Part shown: one piece after another, positions 19,459 to 27,221 of the stretch
Numbering within the stretch: position 1 is the stretch's first letter
Layout: every line of letters begins with the position of its first letter
Source of the DNA: an uncultured Bacteroidota bacterium
GTDB taxonomy: Bacteria > Bacteroidota > Bacteroidia > Bacteroidales > WCHB1-69
NCBI GenBank assembly: GCA_902796805.1
Contig: CADBQG010000007.1
Coordinates: 61,256-125,255, forward strand
Length of the DNA: 64,000 nt
Direction of reading: 5' to 3'
Program-made: the position numbers and the translations under genes
Notes under the pieces: model-generated
Told to the model about the DNA's origin: nothing
The model's database searches: none
Seen by the model: only the letters and a program-made list of their open reading frames with translations

Positions 19459-20667
19459 ATGAAAATGACTTCAAGAAAAACAACTGTCTTTTCCTGTGTG
19501 GCGCTACTGCTTTCTGTGAGCCTTTTTTCTTGTAACAGCTCGAAAAAGCCGAAGGGAAAGAAGGCTGTGCTTCCGGCGATGGAGATAAATACAAAGAAGG
19601 CCATTGACTGGCACAAGAAGACTAAAGCCAGCGTAACATACAAGGATGGCAGGGATTCTGTAGTGGCGGAATGCACGGTGAAGTTCCGCGGCGGCGCGTC
19701 GTCGAAATACCCGAAGCACTCATACGCTGTGAAATTCGCGGAAAAGTATTCACTCTGCGGACTGCCCGCAACAAAAAGCTGGATACTCAACGCCAATTAC
19801 ATCGACAAGACTTTCATGAGGCACAAGATCTGCTATGACCTGTTCAGGCAGATGGGCGACTACAACCGGGCTTCGAGATGCGCATACGTGCACGTGCTTG
19901 AGAACAACTCCCCGCAGGGCCTCTACGTCCTGATGCAGAGACTAACACGTTCCGTGCTGAATGTCGACAAACTCGACGAGGAGGCGGCCGTGTTCAAGGA
20001 TCCGAAGGTCTTCTTCAGGGAGATGCCGGCCAAAGACCCCGCAGATGCGAATTTCCACGAGCAGACTTTCCCTGAATTTGAAAAGGAGGACAGGTCGTAC
20101 ATGATAGATTCTATAAGGGACTTCATACAGAACGCGCCCGATGACAAGTTCTACTCTGAAGTGGGTGAGCTGTTCGACCTCCGGAACGTCGTGGACTGGC
20201 ATCTGCTGCTTCTTTTCACCAACAACGGCGACGGCGTGCTCAAGAACTTCTACCTCTACAGGCAGGATTCGGAAACTCCGTTCAGAATTGCCGTCTGGGA
20301 CTGCGACCACAGTTTCGGCAGAGATGGCGACAATGAAAAAAATATGCTGGAGCATACCATAGGAGAAAGACGCAACATTCTGTTCGACAGGCTGCTGGAC
20401 AACAAGTCTTATATAGAGAGTCTTGCGGGCCGCTGGAAGCAGCTTAGGGATTCGGGCGTGTTTTCGTTGGAGAACATTTCCGGAATGATGGCCGAGAACG
20501 ACAAATACATAAGGCTTGGACTTCAGGAGAATGCAAGCCTGTGGCCTTTCGACAGCGAATTCTACTTCGACTCCGCAGATTATGACGAAGAGTGCGGGCT
20601 TATGACCGAGTTTGTCAGAATGAACCTGCGGATGCTGGACGAGAGGTTCGGTTACTCGGCAAAATGA
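19459..20667 (+). CDS. CotH kinase-family lipoprotein
   Basis: Lipobox SLFSCNSS. CotH-like motifs KHSYAVKF, NANYIDKTFMRHKICYDLF, NFYLYR, WDCDHSFGRDG. Confidence 0.7.
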   Translation: MKMTSRKTTVFSCVALLLSVSLFSCNSSKKPKGKKAVLPAMEINTKKAIDWHKKTKASVTYKDGRDSVVAECTVKFRGGASSKYPKHSYAVKFAEKYSLCGLPATKSWILNANYIDKTFMRHKICYDLFRQMGDYNRASRCAYVHVLENNSPQGLYVLMQRLTRSVLNVDKLDEEAAVFKDPKVFFREMPAKDPADANFHEQTFPEFEKEDRSYMIDSIRDFIQNAPDDKFYSEVGELFDLRNVVDWHLLLLFTNNGDGVLKNFYLYRQDSETPFRIAVWDCDHSFGRDGDNEKNMLEHTIGERRNILFDRLLDNKSYIESLAGRWKQLRDSGVFSLENISGMMAENDKYIRLGLQENASLWPFDSEFYFDSADYDEECGLMTEFVRMNLRMLDERFGYSAK

Positions 20668-20697
20668 CGGCGTTGTGTCGGCTGTCTATCTCTTGTT

Positions 20698-21207
20698 TCA
20701 TTCAGGCGTGACTATGGCCGACAGTTCCGAGAAGCCGTAGTTGTCGGCTTTCTCGGCGCGACGGTAGACCGTGAGGTGGTATGTTCCGGGTGTCTTCATG
20801 CTCCTTTTTGGGAACACTGTCACCGTGGCCTCGGCAAGTCCGCTGTCGAGGATGCGGATGTCCTTGTTCTCTTTCCTGTTGAGGTTGAAGTTGCTGGCGG
20901 CCACCGACTGCATCCCGTCGGGTGTCTGGAATGTAACCGAAAGGGGGATTGTGCGGAGTACGGCCACTGCGGTGTCGTATTTCAGCGACAGTGCCACACG
21001 GTAGTCCCTCGACGTGTCCGAGATGGTGAAGTCGAAGGCCACAACCTCCTCCTCGAAGGCCCAGTTGCCGTTCGGAAACTGGTGTGCAACCTCGATGGCG
21101 TTCTTTGACTTCGACCTGCCCGGAGCGTTGTCGCACGATACGGCAAGCGCCGTTGTTATAGAGAGTGCCAAAAAAAATGCGATGTGTTGATAAAATCTCT
21201 TCTTCAT
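20698..21207 (-). CDS. Small lipoprotein, possibly GldH-like
   Basis: Lipobox LAVSCDN. Length and the W..E..V.FDF...Y...PDG spacing resemble my recollection of GldH. Weak call. Confidence 0.35.
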   Translation of the reverse strand: MKKRFYQHIAFFLALSITTALAVSCDNAPGRSKSKNAIEVAHQFPNGNWAFEEEVVAFDFTISDTSRDYRVALSLKYDTAVAVLRTIPLSVTFQTPDGMQSVAASNFNLNRKENKDIRILDSGLAEATVTVFPKRSMKTPGTYHLTVYRRAEKADNYGFSELSAIVTPE

Positions 21208-21232
21208 GTCCGTTGTGAAAGTTTATATATGC

Positions 21233-21240
21233 TAATTTTG
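21233..21240 (+). promoter_or_regulatory. Bacteroidota -7 promoter box (TAATTTTG)
   Basis: 50 nt upstream of the ATG at 21291. Confidence 0.4.
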
Positions 21241-21267
21241 CAATTTGCCGTTTCTGTCAAGCAGCGG

Positions 21268-21275
21268 CAAAGATA
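21268..21275 (-). promoter_or_regulatory. Bacteroidota -7 promoter box (TATCTTTG on minus strand)
   Basis: caaagata on the plus strand, 60 nt upstream of the minus-strand start at 21207. Confidence 0.4.
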
Positions 21276-21290
21276 CACAATTTATGGAAT

Positions 21291-21935
21291 ATGGCGAAAA
21301 AACAGAAATACTATGTTGTGTGGGAGGGCCGTGTGCAGGGTGTTTTCGATGAATGGAAGGAATGTGAGAGGCAGGTGGCGGGCTTTGCCGGAGCAAGGTA
21401 CAAGTCGTTCGAGACAAGAGCGGAGGCCGACCGGGCTTTTCTGATGGGCTGCAAGGAGTACTACAGGCAGAATCCTGTTGCCAAGAGCGAGCCTGTGCAG
21501 GCCGACCTTTTCGCCGGCGACGCGCCGAAACCCATACTTCGCAGTCTGTCTGTAGATGCCGCATGGAACTCGGTTACGAAAGTCATGGAATACAGGGGCG
21601 TATATACTGAGACACGCCAGGAATGGTTCCATCGCGGGCCATTCAAGAAGGCAACCAACAACGTGGGCGAGTTCCTTGCGATTGTCCACGGCCTTTCGCT
21701 CCTGAAGAAGCACAATATCGACATTCCGATCTACACCGACAGCATGACTGCCCTGTCGTGGGTGCGCAAGAAGAGACACAACTCGGTTATTCTGCCCACG
21801 GCGGAAAACGAGAATGTGATAAACCTGCTCGAAAACGCCGTCAAGTGGCTTGAGAACAACACCTACAGCACGAAGATATACAAGTGGAACACCCCGCTGT
21901 GGGGCGAGATCCCTGCGGATTTCGGAAGGAAATAA
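21291..21935 (+). CDS. RNase H1-type protein (N-terminal hybrid-binding/viroplasmin-like domain plus RNase H domain)
   Basis: N-terminus KYYVVWEGRVQGVFDEWKECERQVAGFAGARYKSFETRAEADRAF. RNase H core follows: VDAAWN...NVGEFLAIVHGL...IYTDS. Confidence 0.8.
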   Translation: MAKKQKYYVVWEGRVQGVFDEWKECERQVAGFAGARYKSFETRAEADRAFLMGCKEYYRQNPVAKSEPVQADLFAGDAPKPILRSLSVDAAWNSVTKVMEYRGVYTETRQEWFHRGPFKKATNNVGEFLAIVHGLSLLKKHNIDIPIYTDSMTALSWVRKKRHNSVILPTAENENVINLLENAVKWLENNTYSTKIYKWNTPLWGEIPADFGRK

Positions 21936-21951
21936 GGAAAGCGTTTAAAAC

Positions 21952-21976
21952 AAAAAAATCCGTCGGAGAGACGGAT
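21952..21976 (-). terminator. Rho-independent terminator of the tRNA cluster
   Basis: ATCCGTC-ggaga-GACGGAT hairpin followed by T7 on the minus strand. May also stop the convergent RNase H transcript. Confidence 0.7.
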
Positions 21977-21984
21977 TGAAATCG

Positions 21985-22057
21985 AGCGGAAAACGGGGCT
22001 CGAACCCGCCACCTACAGCTTGGAAGGCTGTCGCTCTACCAAATGAGCTACTTCCGC
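21985..22057 (-). tRNA. tRNA-Gly (anticodon TCC)
   Basis: Reverse complement GCGGAAGTAGCTCATTTGGTAGAGCGACAGCCTTCCAAGCTGTAGGTGGCGGGTTCGAGCCCCGTTTTCCGCT folds as a cloverleaf. Confidence 0.9.
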
Positions 22058-22067
22058 GGATAATTTG

Positions 22068-22149
22068 TGGGAGAGGAAGGATTCGAACCTCCGAAGGCTT
22101 AGCCAGCAGATTTACAGTCTGTCCCATTTGACCGCTCTGGAACTCTCCC
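22068..22149 (-). tRNA. tRNA-Tyr (anticodon GTA), long variable arm
   Basis: Reverse complement GGGAGAGTTCCAGAGCGGTCAAATGGGACAGACTGTAAATCTG... with acceptor GGGAGAG/CTCTCCC. Confidence 0.9.
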
Positions 22150-22162
22150 ATCATTACAAGCG

Positions 22163-22235
22163 AGCCGATAGTCGGACTTGAACCAACGACCGGCTGATTA
22201 CAAATCAGCTGCTCTACCAACTGAGCTATATCGGC
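22163..22235 (-). tRNA. tRNA-Thr (anticodon TGT)
   Basis: Reverse complement GCCGATATAGCTCAGTTGGTAGAGCAGCTGATTTGTAATCAGCCGGTCGTTGGTTCAAGTCCGACTATCGGCT. Confidence 0.9.
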
Positions 22236-22275
22236 TTGTCTTTCAATGAACTTTCGCGAACTGGATTCGCGGTTG

Positions 22276-22283
22276 CAAAAATA
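22276..22283 (-). promoter_or_regulatory. Bacteroidota -7 promoter box (TATTTTTG on minus strand)
   Basis: caaaaata on the plus strand, about 40 nt upstream of tRNA-Thr. Confidence 0.4.
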
Positions 22284-22473
22284 GTATTTTTTTTAAATCA
22301 TGGCACTTTTTCTACAGATTTTTTTATTTTTTTTGTAACTTATTGAAAATCATTTATGTATTTTTGACTCAAATCTTCCAACAACTCTTTTTTGTATGCT
22401 TAACTATTATGTTTGAAGATTCTTTTTGGGAGAAAAGCGCCTTTGGATTTAGAATTTAGAACTTAGAGCTTAG

Positions 22474-22496
22474 AGGAGAACACGTTTCCAAGCGTG
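22474..22496 (+). repeat. Copy A of the 23-nt palindromic motif AGGAGAACACGTTTCCAAGCGTG
   Basis: Near-identical to the copies at 36833 and 48958. Flanked by period-7 TTAGAAC-type arrays (22447-22472 and 22500-22570). Confidence 0.8.
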
Positions 22497-22647
22497 TGGT
22501 ATTTAGAACTGAGAATTAAGAATAATGAACGTGGATGGAATAATGAATAGTGAATGGTTGATGGTGACGAAATCTTTTGTCGAGGTGCTGATTGCCACAA
22601 AAAAACACAGGCTGTTTTTGTTGGGATTGCAGTTACAAAAAAAAGTG

Positions 22648-22655
22648 TATTTTTG
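22648..22655 (+). promoter_or_regulatory. Bacteroidota -7 promoter box (TATTTTTG)
   Basis: 27 nt upstream of the acpP ATG. Confidence 0.45.
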
Positions 22656-22681
22656 CCGCCTAATTTTAAAAATTGAAGATT

Positions 22682-22924
22682 ATGTCAGAAGTTTTAGAAA
22701 AAGTTCAATCCATCATTGCTGACAAGTTGAGCATGGATGTCTCGGAGATCACGCCGGAGAAGAGTTTCACCAACGACCTTGGCGCCGACTCTCTCGACAC
22801 GGTGGAGTTGATTATGGAATTTGAGAATGCTTTCGGCATCAAGTTCCCGGAAGAAGACGCTGAAGAGATCTCAACAGTGGGTGACGCTGTTGCTTATATT
22901 GAAAATCTTCTCAAATCAAAGTAA
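22682..22924 (+). CDS. acpP: Acyl carrier protein
   Basis: [16 protein letters not shown]...[16 protein letters not shown], which carries the phosphopantetheine-attachment DSLD motif. Confidence 0.96.
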   Translation: MSEVLEKVQSIIADKLSMDVSEITPEKSFTNDLGADSLDTVELIMEFENAFGIKFPEEDAEEISTVGDAVAYIENLLKSK

Positions 22925-22948
22925 AAACCTTTACAATAAACGTTTGTG

Positions 22949-24202
22949 ATGAACCTCAAACGCGTAGTTGTAACGGGGATAGGCGCCATAACGCCTGTCG
23001 GAAATAATGTGACCGAGTATTGGGGCAGCCTCATGAAGGGCGTTTCCGGTGCCGGTCATATTTCTTATTTTAACACCGAAAAATTCAAGACCAAATTCGC
23101 CTGTGAGCTCAAGGGCTACAACCCGGCCGACCATTTCGACTCGAAGGAGCTATCCAAACTTGACCGCTGCGCGCAGTATGCTCTGGTAGCGACAGAAGAG
23201 GCACTGGAGGATTCCGGCATCGACCTCTCGGCGATGGAAAGCGACAGGGTAGGGGTTATATACGGCACCGGCATCGGCGGCCTCATGTCTTCGGAACAGG
23301 CGGTGCAGATGTATATGGAGCATGACAAGACGCCGAGGTTCAGTCCGTTCCACCTTTTGCGCGTGCTGCCGAACACGGTTTCCGGGAGCATAGCGCTGAA
23401 ATACGGCTTTGCCGGCCCGAACTATGTGACATCATCGGCGTGTGCGTCATCGGCGAACGCAATACTTGACGCCTGCTACGCAGTGGCCTTCGGCTGCGCC
23501 GACGTCATGCTCACCGGAGGCACAGAGGCGTGCATAATAGAACTCGCTATCGGAGGGTTCAACGCCATGCGCGCCCTCTCGACAAACAACGGCAACCCTC
23601 AGTCGGCGAGCCGCCCCTTCGACAAGTCGCGCGACGGCTTTGTGATGGGCGAGGGAGCGGCCACACTCGTGCTCGAGAGCCTTGATTCGGCCCTTGCGCG
23701 CGGCGCGAAGATTTATGCTGAACTCATCGGGGTCGGGATGTCGGCAGACTCATTCCACATAGCAGCCCCGGAGCCCAACGGGAAGGCAGCGGTGCTCTCA
23801 ATGGAGAAAGCCCTGAAATCGGCCGGCGTGCTTCCCGAGCAGGTCGACTATATAAACACCCACGGCACCTCAACGCCCCTCGGCGACCTGTCGGAATGCC
23901 GTGCCATTGCCAAGGTTTTCGGCAGCCATGCCCCGAAGATGGCCATAAACTCCACGAAGTCTATGATAGGCCACCTACTCGGCGCCGGTCCCGCGGTAGA
24001 GAGCGTTGCCATTTTCTGCTCTATGCGCGACAGTGTGGTACATCCGACCATCAACCTCGACGAACTCGACCCTTCAATTCCCCGCGATTGGAACTTCGTG
24101 TCGGGTGAGGCGCAGCGGCGTGACGTGAACGTGGCGCTTTCAAACTCGTTCGGCTTCGGCGGGCACAACGTGTCGCTTATATACAAGAAATTTGTCGGTT
24201 AG
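22949..24202 (+). CDS. fabF: Beta-ketoacyl-ACP synthase II
   Basis: Active-site context SSACASSANA, HGTSTPLGD and GHLLGAGPAVE. Directly downstream of acpP. Confidence 0.93.
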   Translation: MNLKRVVVTGIGAITPVGNNVTEYWGSLMKGVSGAGHISYFNTEKFKTKFACELKGYNPADHFDSKELSKLDRCAQYALVATEEALEDSGIDLSAMESDRVGVIYGTGIGGLMSSEQAVQMYMEHDKTPRFSPFHLLRVLPNTVSGSIALKYGFAGPNYVTSSACASSANAILDACYAVAFGCADVMLTGGTEACIIELAIGGFNAMRALSTNNGNPQSASRPFDKSRDGFVMGEGAATLVLESLDSALARGAKIYAELIGVGMSADSFHIAAPEPNGKAAVLSMEKALKSAGVLPEQVDYINTHGTSTPLGDLSECRAIAKVFGSHAPKMAINSTKSMIGHLLGAGPAVESVAIFCSMRDSVVHPTINLDELDPSIPRDWNFVSGEAQRRDVNVALSNSFGFGGHNVSLIYKKFVG

Positions 24203-24895
24203 ATGCTCACCCGCGACAAGCAGATACGTTCTTACTTCAGGAACATATTCGGATTCAGGATTAGCAACGTGGAGTTATACAAGACTGCTCTTCTCCACAA
24301 GTCTACCAACCAGTCCACAACAATAGGGTCGCGTAACAACAACGAGCGTCTCGAATTCCTCGGCGACGCCGTGCTTGGCGCTATAGTGGCCGACTTCCTC
24401 TGCCACAAGTATCCCACCGAATCGGAGGGCGTTCTCACGCAGATGCGGTCAAAAATGGTTAACCGGCAGCGCCTGAACGAGCTGGCGAGGAAAATAGGAC
24501 TGCCTGAAATGGTATCCGCCCACGGACTGTCGTCGGCGCAGAACGTGAGCGGAAACGCTTTCGAGGCCGTTGTAGGAGCCATATATATGGACAAAGGATA
24601 CAGAAAAACGGCCAGGATAATAATAAAGAGCATCTTCAATGTGCACTACGACATTGATGAGATATTCGCAGAAGACCGCGACTATAAGAGCAGGCTCATA
24701 ATCTGGGGTCAGCACAACCGCAAGCATGTCTCTTTCGTCCACGAGCTGTTTCACGAGGGACGACAGGAACTTTTCAGGGCAATTGCAGAGGTTGACGACA
24801 TTGTGGTTGCCGAGGGCGTCAGCACTTCGGTGAAGAGGGCGGAGCAACGCGCGGCCGAGATTGCACTGTCTATGCTCGATGTGGCTGAATTTTGA
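24203..24895 (+). CDS. rnc: Ribonuclease III
   Basis: Signature NERLEFLGDAVL plus a C-terminal dsRBD. The ATG abuts the fabF stop. Confidence 0.93.
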   Translation: MLTRDKQIRSYFRNIFGFRISNVELYKTALLHKSTNQSTTIGSRNNNERLEFLGDAVLGAIVADFLCHKYPTESEGVLTQMRSKMVNRQRLNELARKIGLPEMVSAHGLSSAQNVSGNAFEAVVGAIYMDKGYRKTARIIIKSIFNVHYDIDEIFAEDRDYKSRLIIWGQHNRKHVSFVHELFHEGRQELFRAIAEVDDIVVAEGVSTSVKRAEQRAAEIALSMLDVAEF

Positions 24896-24925
24896 TTCCA
24901 GGGCCGGCAGTGTCTCCAAATTTCT

Positions 24926-24933
24926 TATCTTTG
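24926..24933 (+). promoter_or_regulatory. Bacteroidota -7 promoter box (TATCTTTG)
   Basis: 25 nt upstream of the ATG at 24958. Confidence 0.45.
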
Positions 24934-24957
24934 CGGTTTCCAAACAAGTGGTATAGT

Positions 24958-25602
24958 ATGAAGAAAACGCTGCTGTTCTTGTCTTTATTCCTGCTGTCGG
25001 CTTTTGCCGGCGCGCAGCAGATCGCGCTGCTGAAGTATAACGGCGGCGGCGACTGGTATTCCAATCCTACCTCACTGCCGAACCTCATAAAGTTCTGCAA
25101 CCAACAGCTCGGCATGAGCCTCGATTCCAGGCCGGCCACCGTTGAAGTGGGGAGCGCCGACATTTTCCGCTATCCCTTCGTGCACATGACTGGGCACGGG
25201 AACGTTGTATTCTCTGATGCCGAAGCCGAAAACCTGAGGAAATACCTGGTTTCCGGAGGGTTTCTCCATGCCGACGATAACTACGGGATGAGCAACTTCA
25301 TAAAAGCGCAGATGAAAAAGGTCTTCCCGGAACTTGAACTTGTGGAGCTCCCATATAACCATCCGATTTTTCACCAGAAGTACAACTTTCCCAACGGTTT
25401 GCCCAAGATCCACGAGCACGACAACAAGCCGCCACAGGCCTTCGCGCTGTTCTGGGAGGGAAGGATGGTGTTTCTCTTCACCTACGAGTGCGACCTCGGC
25501 GACGGCTGGGAGGATTTCGTGGTGCACAGGGACTCGGAGGCAACCCGCACAAAGGCACTCCAGATGGGCGCCAACATAATACAGTACGTCTTCACCAATT
25601 AG
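24958..25602 (+). CDS. DUF4159 domain secreted protein
   Basis: Signal peptide MKKTLLFLSLFLLSAFAGAQ, then IALLKYNGGGDWYSNPTSLPNL...YPFVHMTGHG...GGFLHADDNYG. Confidence 0.65.
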   Translation: MKKTLLFLSLFLLSAFAGAQQIALLKYNGGGDWYSNPTSLPNLIKFCNQQLGMSLDSRPATVEVGSADIFRYPFVHMTGHGNVVFSDAEAENLRKYLVSGGFLHADDNYGMSNFIKAQMKKVFPELELVELPYNHPIFHQKYNFPNGLPKIHEHDNKPPQAFALFWEGRMVFLFTYECDLGDGWEDFVVHRDSEATRTKALQMGANIIQYVFTN

Positions 25603-25725
25603 TTCTTGTTGGCATTTGTTGACATCTTTCGCAACGTCTTTCAGCCAACGCCACCGGCGAGCCTCCGAGGCTATGCCTGTTTTGCTGTGTATATGTGAGA
25701 TAGAAATGCGCAGTGGTTTCTCGTG

Positions 25726-25764
25726 AAAAAAAAATCAGCGGGGGTGCCTGAACAGCACTCCCGC
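25726..25764 (-). terminator. Rho-independent terminator of the riboswitch-controlled operon
   Basis: Minus strand reads GCGGGAGTGC-tgttcag-GCACCCCCGC (10-bp stem, one G.U) followed by tgaTTTTTTTTT. Confidence 0.75.
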
Positions 25765-25807
25765 GTCATTGCCTATGCGCGATAGGCTCTCATTAATATA
25801 AAAGGGG

Positions 25808-27217
25808 TTATTTTTTCAGTATTTTCTGCACAGAGCCGCCAACTTTCAGAATGTAAACACCGGCAGGGTAGTTGCGCATGTTGATTCTTGTGATTCCATT
25901 CTTTGTGCTGCATGACTCCAAAAGCTGTCCGTTGATGTTGCAGAGTTCGATGCGGCCGGCATTGTCTGAGTCAATAGTCAGGATGTCGGTGCATGGGTTC
26001 GGATAAGCGTACGCCTGTGTGTGTTGGTGACCGCCAACACCGGTCGGTTTCCAGCCGTTGAGCACAGCCACACCCGTGAGGTCGAAGCCTCCGGAGGCGA
26101 AGTTGGTGGGGTAGGGGTCGTTGATTATGCGCCCGTACCTGTCGCGCGAGGCAAACTCAGGGTTTATAGTCCCCACGACATCGACAATCCTCACGTGCGT
26201 GACGTTGTTGATGTCGAGGCCTTCCGTGCCAGCCAGCTCCTCAAGGTCGAAGGGCGTTCCCCAGCCAATGCGGTACTTCCCTGCAAGATTGTTGATTTTT
26301 GTGCAGAAAGTCGTGTCGAAAGAGCCGGTCTGAACGTTGGTGGGTGTGAGCGACGCTGCGGGGAACCTCACGAAATTTTCGCCGTCGGAGCTTACCTCCA
26401 CGAATGCCAGTTCGAGGAAGTAGTCGTCGAACGAGTTCTCGAACACCGCGAGGTCGTAGCCGTCGCCGTTGCTGATCGGGATGTCGAAGGTGAGCGTTGC
26501 TGCGCCGCCGTCGCCTAAGCTCACCGCGGCGTAAATGTCGGTTCCTGCCGGTCCGATGGGTTTAGAGTCGTCGCCGAAGGAGGTCTTGAGGCCCTGTGTG
26601 GCTATGTCTTGCCAACCTCGCTCCGTAGCGCAGGCCGTGGCCCATCCAAGGATGCCGGGGTTCTCGAAGTGTATTGCCTGGCAGCCCGGCGTGCCTACCG
26701 CCCCGCAGAAGAGCGTGTCGGGAGCGTTGATGTCAACAGCCGGCTCCACAACCGTCGCCCAGGAGTAGTTCCAGGAGTCGTCCACAGTGGCACACCCTTC
26801 GTCGCCGAACTTTATGAAGTCGCCATCGCCTACGGTTTGCTGCGTGTAGCCGTACGCTGCCCCGGCTCCGTTGATGTTGTACCACCAGTAGTTGCCTGAA
26901 AGTGTGTACGTTACATCTCCGTCGGTGTAATTGATTGCAGTGATCATTCCGCCGGAGCCGGCGTATGAGAACCTCGGGTCGTGGGCTGCGATGGAGTCGA
27001 GGATGTCCTCAACTGTCTGCACGCCGTCGTAACGCACGCCCCAGGCAAGTGCCTTCGCGGGCTGGCACCAGTTCACGGCCAACACTGCCTCATTGCCGCC
27101 TCTTCCCACCCAGAACGCGACGTCTGAGAAGTCAATGTCCCTGTCGCCATGCTGCGAGAACGCATTGAGCGACACACAACATATAATCATAAAAGCGAAA
27201 ATCTTCTTCATAATCAA
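25808..27217 (-). CDS. Secreted protein with T9SS type-A C-terminal sorting domain and an N-terminal transcobalamin-beta-like (DUF4430-like) motif
   Basis: Signal peptide. N-terminal region contains INYTDG...NYWWYNINGAGAAYGYTQQTVGDGDFIKFG. Central region contains FENSFDDYFLELAFVEVSSDGENFVRF. C-terminus AYPNPCTDILTID...AGVYILKVGGSVQKILKK is a typical T9SS CTD. Confidence 0.75.
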   Translation of the reverse strand: MIMKKIFAFMIICCVSLNAFSQHGDRDIDFSDVAFWVGRGGNEAVLAVNWCQPAKALAWGVRYDGVQTVEDILDSIAAHDPRFSYAGSGGMITAINYTDGDVTYTLSGNYWWYNINGAGAAYGYTQQTVGDGDFIKFGDEGCATVDDSWNYSWATVVEPAVDINAPDTLFCGAVGTPGCQAIHFENPGILGWATACATERGWQDIATQGLKTSFGDDSKPIGPAGTDIYAAVSLGDGGAATLTFDIPISNGDGYDLAVFENSFDDYFLELAFVEVSSDGENFVRFPAASLTPTNVQTGSFDTTFCTKINNLAGKYRIGWGTPFDLEELAGTEGLDINNVTHVRIVDVVGTINPEFASRDRYGRIINDPYPTNFASGGFDLTGVAVLNGWKPTGVGGHQHTQAYAYPNPCTDILTIDSDNAGRIELCNINGQLLESCSTKNGITRINMRNYPAGVYILKVGGSVQKILKK

Positions 27218-27221
27218 TCTA

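Noticed and set aside
21945-22220. 91-aa minus-strand ORF
   Set aside because: It is fully occupied by three tRNA genes.
22525-22722. 65-aa ORF upstream of and overlapping acpP
   Set aside because: It runs through repeat arrays and the acpP promoter box and ends inside acpP in another frame. It has no coding signature.
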